Assembly (NCBI RefSeq): GCF_000143415.4
Contig: NW_003314263.1
Coordinates: 62,001-126,000, forward strand
Source: Selaginella moellendorffii
Taxonomy: Eukaryota; Plantae; Lycopodiophyta
Length of the DNA: 64,000 bases
Direction: 5' to 3'
Positions 55,178-64,000 of this stretch are shown here, in pieces. The notes beneath the pieces were generated by a model that saw only the letters and a program-made list of their open reading frames with translations, was not told the origin of the DNA and did not search any database. Positions within the stretch are counted from its first letter, which is position 1. Each line of letters begins with the position of its first letter. Made by a program: the position numbers and the translations under genes.

Positions 55178-56065
55178 TCATATGTTTATATATATATTAG
55201 TTGCGCATAAAGGTATATATCTTTGCTTTTTATTTATTATATATGATACTAAATTACAATCATCTTGTATTTCAAGAACTGTAAATAAAAAACAATTGGG
55301 AGGAGTAGCACAATATTTAATAATAGACCATAGTATTTCTTTTATTTGGGTATAAATAACAAGATTACCATCAGTTTGGATCACAAATGCACATTCATTA
55401 TAATAATCTTTGTAGTTCTTAGATTTTCATAGTAAATTTTTTCCAGAATAAAGGGAAAGCTTACAATTTGATTCTAAAATTAATGTATTTTTTCCATTTG
55501 GTGATCTTATAAACCTGTTTTTATAAAGTTTATTATTTTTGTAGGCAGAGTTTAAAGTGGTTAAACTGCTATCACAAGTCTCATATATCAACTTAACAAC
55601 ATCATCTAGTTGATACAATAAATCTTTATTTATATAACGAAAATAAGGATATTGCAGATGATATTTTTGACAAATAATTTTACATGTGTTAGAACGGGCA
55701 TGCCGTATATCATTAGAAACAATATTAAGTAAACGTCTAAATCCGGTTCTTATTGTATTTCCATCAATGCAATTATTATTATTATTTTCTTCAAAACAAT
55801 TTGGAGATGTATTTTCATTACACTCAATTTGTAAAACAGCAACCCTAAATATAAGATCACCTGACTTTCTATCTATATAATTTATTAGATATCCATGAGG
55901 TCCTCCAGATATTAACTTTGAGACTATAGAATTATAATTATCTAATAGCATTCTAGCTTCTTTATCACTCAAAGTATTATTTATACCCCAGATTACATTA
56001 ATTCCTACACATGTACATGCTATAATTTGTAGATGAATAATAAGAAAACTTAAACTCCTATTCAT
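55178..56065 (-). pseudogene. Secreted unknown-domain + bulb-type mannose-binding lectin gene with one in-frame stop
   Basis: The two ORF-track pieces are in one frame, separated by TGA at 55427-55429 (KNLL*KS, where Trp is expected). QTDGNLVIY and QDDCNLVSY match QxDxNxVxY. Confidence 0.8.
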
Positions 56066-56257
56066 TTAAAGTATATCTTTCCTTTTACAATATATTTTTA
56101 AAATACTAATTATGGATTACTTTTCTAACACTTTTAAAACCTAAGCTAATTGAGTTCGACAATTTATTAGTAAAGTAAACGGTTTAATTTAGAAATAAAA
56201 ATATTCTCTATATATGTCACCTAAAATACCCAGGACCCTCAAGACATAACACTAAAC

Positions 56258-56259
<2 letters not shown>

Positions 56260-56317
<58 letters not shown>
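56260..56317. repeat. (TA)n microsatellite, ~29 units
   Basis: Direct reading. Confidence 0.98.
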
Positions 56318-56319
<2 letters not shown>

Positions 56320-57175
56320 ATTACACAAGTAATTTACTTAATTCAAAACCTTATACTTCTAGTTTGTCACTAAAGGTTTTAAAACATGACAAGAATTTCA
56401 TTTTGAACAAGCATTTAATACCAAGAAAAAGAAGAATGAAATGCACACTTTTATTTGAGACATATATTATATTAATTTTAAAGAAGACATTTTCAAACAG
56501 TCAAATGGACACACACCAAAGCCACATTGGATAAGTTTTAATATTGGTTTTAGTTCTTTTTCACTATTGTATGAGTTGGATAGTAAATTTGCTTTGGTTC
56601 TAATATATTATACTAACTCAACTGCCACTTGCAAAATTTGCAACACTTTTTTTTAATCTTTTAATATGCAAGTCATCCATGTGTTCAAATCTAATGTCAA
56701 GCTCTCACTGTGGTAAAGCATATATTGAGTTAGAATCTTATGCTTCTAAATGGGCACCACAAAATCTAAAAAGAGTCATATATACTTGGTTTCATACATC
56801 AACTTACAGTGGACGCTTTCAGGGAGGATTCGTAGATAGCATGGCTACAATCTCCACAGTGATGGCCGAGGCACACTCACTCCACAAGGATTGAACAATC
56901 AAGTAACATCACTTTTAACTGCACCACAGAGCTTTCTTAGCTTGGTTGAATCACCTTAGTCTTTTGCTTGAGCGTACAACTCGGCTGAAACTGAGAAGTG
57001 TTGACCATGCTCCCATGCCACTGATGCAAACACAGTGACGCCCACCACCCTCTCCAAAGCCAAGTGTTGTTAGAACATCAATCATGATAGATCAATCAAC
57101 ATTAACTTTACTGGGAACAATCTTCCACAAAGAGAGTTGTGCAAGTGTGCACCATTGGATCTGGCAACATAGTAA

Positions 57176-57626
57176 AACTATCATCACCTTTAAAAAATTT
57201 CCAGTAAGTAGTTTACCGTTACCCTTAAAGTTTATGTTTCTATCTTTAATGTTGAAAACTGACAGGGAAGGCCTAGCAAGACTGCCAAAACATGATGCTC
57301 AAGCTCTCAAAGCCTGAAAGAGAACCTGGAGGGATCTTGTAGCGTTCCAAGTGCGTGGTTCCGCCTTGCTCATGGCCATTTCAGACTAGACGATGCTGCT
57401 CAGGAGGATAGACAGCATGCGAATGATGGCTTACTGTGGACAGCCTCCACGGATTTAACTCTTCCTGGTCGGAGGGAAGTATTACATAAACTTAGAAGTG
57501 CCATGGCCTCAAGGATGACAATCAGCCTGGAAACAAAGCTGTGAGAGAAGAAAAACTTTCTGGATGAGATTAAATTTGAGTACCTCTCGTTGAGAAACGC
57601 TGTCCATGATTCCTGGAAGTCGAATT
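57176..57626. pseudogene. Chimeric debris: PPR 5' end (copy of 63054-63171) joined to inverted, deleted NPF fragments
   Basis: MLKTDREGLARL is shared with 63136. 57293-57484 is the reverse complement of ~53495-53731 and 57524-57626 of ~52215-52355. Confidence 0.8.
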
Positions 57627-59654
57627 AAGTTCAGCGAACACTTGACGCAACTGGCAATCCAAATAACGTTGCCATTTGATCCTTCAAAAACTAGAAGAGT
57701 TCTCTTAACTTCCAGCTATGGAATTCTCAAAGATAAAATAGTTTTAATTTCTTTGCCGTTTGCCTCTGAAACGGGAACATTCATGTCCAGTACCTCTCAA
57801 CATCAGGCTGTTGTATGTCTGGCTCCAACCAGGAGCCCGATAATCAACAAAAGAAAGAAAAAACACAAAAAAAACAAAGAAGAAATAAATTCTTAATTCT
57901 TCTTCTTTTCTTTTTCACATAATCAAATCTACTCCTCTTATATTTGGCGTTCATGACCATTAACATATGCAATAAATACTTAAAGCAAATTGATCAAGTT
58001 TGTCCATTAAATTTTACAATTGCCACTACAAACATTACAAATAGTATAGCTTTCTCTGTCAAATTCTACAATTTTGTAGAGATGTAGCCACATGGCATGA
58101 TGCAATTCGCTGTCCATAAAATGTACATCCATTTTATGTTTTGTAATATTTGGATGGGCATCCATGAAGACTATCCTGTTCTCCTCATAGGCCAACAGGG
58201 CACAGTGATCTTGACAACAAGATCATGGAGCTGCAGAAAGCCATGGTTAATGTGTTAGTTGAAGGGTATATTAAGGTTAAGGGAACTTAATTTACGTGGA
58301 ATGGTTAGGTGGTGAAGAACCTCAAGAGAAAGCATAGCATAGTGTCAATGAAGTTAGGCCTCTTATCTTTGCTGTTTAGAGCTAGGTTATAATTTTCATG
58401 GCTGCAAATTAAGAATAGGAGACTACAAGATAGAAAACTATAGATCAACCCAAAATTGGTGCTGATTCATTTCAAGAGTTTATGCTAAGATTTTGCCTAA
58501 ATTGCTAAAACACCTACTTGGTTTGTGTGTTTTTTTCATTTTAATTTTAGATGGTGGCAATGCAATTGAGATTGGCATGGCAGCACAAAGGACAAGGCTA
58601 TGAGTGGCCTTATTCAAAGCATAAGTAAAAGTCAAATTTACTATTTTAGATTGCAGGATTAGTGGTTTATGGTATGTATAGCAAACTATGCATCAAATGA
58701 CATGTTGCAACATTTAGTCCCTTTATTGTGTTTAATCCTAATATTATCGAAGGGTACACACAAAATAGATATGAGTAAAAGCTATTCTTTAGTTGTTTTA
58801 CAATGCATATGTTTCTTGCCAAAATGTACATGTACAAGATAGAAACAATGGAAACAAAATACAAAGAAGTGAATTGGGCCCAGACTTGATTTTAGTTCAG
58901 GTAGCAGCATAATATGATAATTTATAGGTTTGCAAGGTAGTATGCTTATGTTAGAATAATTTCATTCTAGTTCACATTTTTAGCACTATGGCCTAGGGCC
59001 CAACTTATAGCCATGGTACTGAAGGGGATAACTAGTTGTCTGCAAGCATATTGGTTTCTTCATCTTCTGTACCTTCTGGGATGATGTGGGTGGATGAAAG
59101 AAGTCTAGGAGTATTTAATCCGCAATGCCAATTAAGGCAGCATCGACATGATCGATATATAGGTCTTCTGGGATGGTCAAGAGCCCTCACCTGGATGACA
59201 TGAGTGTCTTTTCGAGGACAATATGAGGTGATCTAAGCAGCAGACAAGCCCTGGCACAACGTTGTGCATGGTTGCTATAAATGTGTTTTTGTCACCGCTT
59301 CATTGCTCGTATGTTGGAAATTGTGTGGGGTTTTATTGTTGTCACCAATTCGCATGAAACTATATAGTGTGTGGCACTGCAAATAATAGCATGCATGTAC
59401 AATATACATATGTGCCAAAACAAAAATAAAATATCAGGCATTAGATCAAGATAATAGAATAAAAGAATGCTCTACAATTAAATGATCACCCCTTTAGCTA
59501 ATTAACAAGATATATTTGTGACTGACACGTGGGGCATGGATTTTGAGGAAGAACCAAAGTTTGAAAGACTATGGTAGGCTAACATTGTACAAATGGGTTT
59601 ACGTACATGGTCTTTACATGGTCCTTTTCTTGTGTTTAAACCCAACACCTTCCT

Positions 59655-59766
59655 TGACACGAACCACGGGAATATTCTGAGAATATTCCATGGCATGTGG
59701 GATTTAAGGCCGTAACGCCTTAAGGGTTTGGAGATTGGCCTAGGGTTCGCTCTCTTGTTTGTTTCA
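59655..59766 (+). repeat. 5' LTR
   Basis: 6 mismatches in 112 bp versus 62452-62563. Confidence 0.95.
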
Positions 59767-62451
59767 TTGGTATCGGAGCAGCACGTTCTTTTGGGGATGG
59801 CGGGTGAGCAAGATATTGATACTGATGAGGAGTATGGCGTTAGTGAGGATAGCCATGACGATGCAGAAGAGACTCTTGATGATGTCGTTGTGCGGCAGGG
59901 ATGCCAGATTTCTGAGGTTCAGAGCGACATAAAGGAAGTTAAGGATTTTGTCAATCTCATTAAGAATTTCTTGCTTCGCATGAACCCTCAAGGGTTGAAT
60001 CAATCTCATGTCCGTGATTACCATTGGTACATCAAGCATGCCAAGGATTATGGTATCGTGGAATGGAAATCATCACCAGATGTTTGTGATAGTCAAGAGG
60101 TTAATTCTTGGTTGGAATTGTGGGAAAGTTGTTGGTCTCACAATCCTTGTGAAGATAAGGTGAAGATAGATTTCTTTGTGACGAAGCTTACGGGCCATGC
60201 TTCTTCATGGTGGAAGAACTACATCAAAGCTAATCCGAAGCCAACTTCTTGGACTGATTTGACAAAGGTTTTCCGCGCTTCGTTTGTCAAGAAGTTTGAA
60301 GAGGTTGATCTCGTGAATCAGTTGTTAGAGATCCGCCAGGGGACTTTGTCTTTGGATGTGTATGCCCACAAGTTCTGTGATCTTTGCCTTAGTCTCATGG
60401 GCACCTATAATAAGCTGCTAAAGGTGCAATGTTTTATCAAAGGATTGAGCTCGATGGATGTGTAACAGAAGGTCAAAAAGGATTTTCTAGCAACGTTGAC
60501 TGATGCTATCACTAAGGCTCAGATCTTTTTGCCCGAACCGTCAGTCAACTCGGTCAACTCTAGTCAACGAGATAGTCCACGGAGTAGTCAACGTGATGAC
60601 TAGCTTGCTAATTCTTCATATTCGGGGAAGAAACGGTCATTATTCTATTGTGGCTCGAAGCATGAAGATGGCAGTGAAGCTAAGAAATTTCGTTTGGACC
60701 AGTGAGAGAAAGACAAGGTGGAGGGCAATTGTTTTCATTGCCATAAAGCTGAACATCAGAGCAAGGATTATTTTGAAAGGGTCAATGAATGATAAGGTGA
60801 CTGTGGCAGAAACTATAGCAATGATGTGAGTGATAGTGCTTTTGGGGCCGTATTGCTTCAAGTTAGGCATTCTCTCGCCTTCATGAGCCACAAGTTTGAT
60901 GTCACACAACAGAATTGACCTACTCAAGAATGGCGACATTATCTATATGGATTGGACTTCCATGTAGTTTCAGATCATCAGTCTCTCCAGATGTGGATCT
61001 TCGAGGCCGCCTTGCTCGTTGGCAAGAATTCCTGCAGGAAATGTCTATTAAGATCTGGTACAAGCATGGAGGTGACAATAAGGTGGCTGATGCGTTATCT
61101 AGGATGGTAAATTCTATCTCATTCATGAAGCTATTCAGCGATCTCTTGGATGAGCTTAAGGAGTTTGTTGACTTCGACTCCTTTATCATTGATATTCGCG
61201 CGAAGGTTTTGTTGAGGGACGCCTCTACAGATTTGAAGGGTGACAAGTTTGTGTCATTTGAAATACGAGATGGAATCCTGGTGAAGAAGGGATGTGTAAT
61301 GGTTCCTTGTGTTGACAAACTCATCAAATGGATTTTGGTTAAGTGTCATAATGTGCCAAGTGCTGGGCATCCGGGGGTATTGAGAACGTATATGTTGGTG
61401 AAGAGGCATTTCTTTTCGCCTGGGATGAAGTCAGATGTTGAAAAGTACGTACGTGATTGTTTGACTTGTCAGGCGGTCAAAGTTGATCATCAGAAGCTCG
61501 CTGGCTTCTATCATCCTTTACGTGTACCCGAGAATAAGTGGGATAACATCTCGATGGACTTTATCACTGGTTTGTGTGGATCGTTTGACAAAGATGGCTC
61601 ACTTTTTCCTTGTGAAGACAACGATAAAAGCTTCTGAACTTGCTCAGTTGTTTGTAGACCGGTTACTCAGTCTCTATGGTTTGCCGGGTGACATTGTGAG
61701 TGATCGGGATCCTCAGTTCACGTCCAAGTTTTGGCAAACGGTTTTTGAAAAACTAGAGACTAAACTAAGCATGAGTAGTGGTGAACATCCACAATTTGAT
61801 GGGCAGACAGAGCGAATGAATCAGCTATTAGAAGATATGCTATAGTCTTTTATGGGAAACTTGACTCGACAGGGAGTATGGGAAAAATACTTACCTTTGC
61901 TTCAGTTTGCTCACAATAGTGCTCATCAATCAGCTATTGGCATGTCTCCTTTTATGGTGATGTGTGGCTATGAGCCTAGGTCTCTTGTGAGTTTTAATTT
62001 AGCTTTGGTTCGGGTTCCTCATGCTTGTGATTTCCTGGAGGATATACAGGACAAGCTTGAGCTGGCAAAATTGAACATGAGGCAAGCTCAAGAACGAGAC
62101 AAAAGATTGGCTGATGAGCATCGTCATCATCAAGAGTACAAAGTTGGTGTTTTTGAGTTTTGGTTATAACTTGGATGACATTCCTGAAGAAGGGGAGAAT
62201 TGAGTTCTATAGCTGTATTGCTATATGATTTGAGCCGTTTGTTCTATTCTCATTCTCTTGTTTTCCATGACTGTATTGTCATGTGAGAAAGCTGTATTGC
62301 TTTCTTTCTTTCATGACCGTTTGTTATGACGTTAGTGTTGTTGTTTGCACATCTTTTCTCCATAGCCGTATTGCCTTGGACTCCCTTCATTTGAGGCTCA
62401 TTTAGCTTCTCGAGGCTATCATATGTGGCTGGGTCATGAAGGAGGGGAGAA

Positions 62452-62563
62452 TGACACGAACCACAGGAATATTCTGAGAATATTCCATGGCCTATGGGAT
62501 TTAAAGCCGTAACGCCTTAAGGGTTGGGAGATTGGCCTAGGGTTCGCTCTCTTGTTCGTTTCA
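62452..62563 (+). repeat. 3' LTR
   Basis: Preceded by the PPT and followed by the TSD. Confidence 0.95.
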
Positions 62564-63120
62564 TTCCTCCAAGTGCCATCTAAGGTGGATTAAGTAGAAG
62601 GATCTCAGCATTGTATCTCCTCCTCGTGCTACTGCTGGGGGACTTCCAGAGCCATGTCGGACCTGATGGGCCATCCTTGCCGAACATCGGACACCGTTGG
62701 TGTCCAATGTTCAGCATGGAGCCCTAGTTGGGGTAATTCTATGTACATTTCTTCATCATCCCCTAGGGACCATACAAATATTGGGCCCACAGCACAACCT
62801 ACCATAGCAGATCGCATGATCCAACTCCGTGTCACCACGTTGTGCTGCTGGGTCAGGGGGCTTTTGGACTTGTACATCTGGCTTTCCCTTTGCCTTCAGC
62901 ATGGCATGCTAGAGTCTGACCACTCGGAGCACTCTGAGACAATCTAGCAGGTTTATTGTTAAACCTGGGCCAGTTGCGTGTTTCCCAACCGCGGTAGCTT
63001 GGAGCACTGCCCAGCGTGTGTCCCCCAAGACTTTCGGACATAGTGACATATTAAAACTATCATCACCTTTAAAATTATTTCGATTAGGATATTTATATTT
63101 CCATTAAGTAATTTACCATT

Positions 63121-64000
63121 ATGTTTCTATCTTTAATGTTGAAAACAGACAGGGAAGGCCTAGCAAGACTGGTAAGAGCTTGTGGCCACTCAAGAGACCT
63201 TGCTCAAGCCAAACTACTCCATGCAGCCATCCTTGACAGCAGCGAGCACAATCAAGACAGGTACTTAGGTAATTTGCTTGTCCAAATGTATGGTAAGTGT
63301 GGTAGTGTGGCCAAAGCCCGTGAGGTCTTCGACTCAATTGAGCCCAAGAATCAGTTCTCATGGGGAATCATGCTGGAAGCATACGTCCATAACGGGTATC
63401 TCCAGGAATCGAAGTGGATCTTCAGCCAGATGCCCGATAAAAACGTTGTCTCCTACACCGCGATGATCGTGGTGCTCGTCAAATTCGGATGTTTGGAGGA
63501 AGCAAAATCTACGTTTGATGCCATGAGCCAAAGGGATGTTCTTCCTTGGAACGCAATGGTTTCTGCATATGCCCAAAGTGGGCATTTGCTAGAGGCAAAG
63601 AAACTCTTCGATAGCATGCCACAGTGGAACTGCTCGTCGTGGAACGCGCTGCTCGCTGGCTACGCAAGCCAAGGCCTGGCGGCGCAATCTCAAGAAATTT
63701 TTGCCATGATGCCCGAGAGAGATACCGTGTCTTGGAACAGCCTCGGGCAGGCCTACTGCACGGCGGAGGATCTGGCGGGCGCGAAGTGGGCGTTCGATCG
63801 CAACCCAGCTCGCGATGTCATCTCCTGGACGGCGATGGTGGGCGCGCTCGCGCAGGGAGGGGAGACCCGCCATGCGAAGCTCGCGTTCGATCGCATGCCG
63901 CAGTGGAACTTAGTCGCGTGGAACGTGATGATCACGGGGTATGCGCACAGCGGAGACGACGATCAATTTCAATCCAGGTTTGGGCTGCGCCAGATCGCGG
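63121..64000 (+). CDS. PLS/SS-class PPR protein, running off the window end (start 63121 or 63136)
   Basis: Manual translation: YLGNLLVQMYGKCGSVAKAREVFD...WNAMVSAYAQSGHLLEAKKLFDSMP. Confidence 0.85.
   Translation, partial: MFLSLMLKTDREGLARLVRACGHSRDLAQAKLLHAAILDSSEHNQDRYLGNLLVQMYGKCGSVAKAREVFDSIEPKNQFSWGIMLEAYVHNGYLQESKWIFSQMPDKNVVSYTAMIVVLVKFGCLEEAKSTFDAMSQRDVLPWNAMVSAYAQSGHLLEAKKLFDSMPQWNCSSWNALLAGYASQGLAAQSQEIFAMMPERDTVSWNSLGQAYCTAEDLAGAKWAFDRNPARDVISWTAMVGALAQGGETRHAKLAFDRMPQWNLVAWNVMITGYAHSGDDDQFQSRFGLRQIA

Larger units (their letters stand above)
59655..62563 (+). mobile_element. Ty3/Gypsy LTR retrotransposon, internally deleted and non-autonomous (2909 bp)
   Basis: 112-bp TG...CA LTRs at 59655-59766 and 62452-62563, TTCCT target-site duplication, PBS TGGTATCGGAGC, PPT GAAGGAGGGGAGAA. 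Decayed gag (LTGHASSWW), RNase H tail (NKVADALSR) and integrase (GHPG, CLTCQ, SDRDPQF, DGQTERMN). Confidence 0.95.

Noticed and set aside
62580-63050. Short ORFs right of the 3' LTR, and in 56600-59600
   Set aside because: No recognisable motifs; probably decayed repeats or gene debris that I cannot assign.

Overview
Eukaryotic land-plant nuclear DNA: short GT-AG introns, compact gene spacing, PLS/P-class PPR genes, S-domain receptor kinases and plant tRNAs. The S-motif-rich PPRs, ~50-nt introns and tiny intergenic gaps suggest the lycophyte Selaginella, which is my inference and not a search result. The window has three zones. (1) About 1-27 kb is a scrambled segmental-duplication zone. It holds two copies of a head-to-head pair of Fic-domain (HPFxDGNGRxxR) genes, two alpha/beta-hydrolase + RING-H2 modules, a P450 pseudogene, an intact TRM61/RRM divergent pair flanked by tRNA-Ser genes, and many shuffled fragments of TRM61, a TPR-SET gene, Fic, a lectin and tRNAs. 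(2) About 27-54 kb is an ordinary gene-dense zone: TPR-SET, two divergent G-type lectin RLKs with a tRNA-Ala 28 bp upstream of one start codon, four PPRs, a CCA1/LHY/RVE MYB, PRA1-A and an NPF transporter. (3) About 54-64 kb is AT-rich and decayed: a lectin pseudogene, NPF/PPR debris, a 2.9-kb Ty3/Gypsy element with 112-bp LTRs and no PR/RT, and the start of another PPR. The best candidates for an undescribed system are the duplicated divergent Fic/Fic pair and a secreted unknown-domain + bulb-lectin family seen twice (26.4 kb and 55.2 kb). All alignments were made by eye, so exon limits and block ends are approximate.
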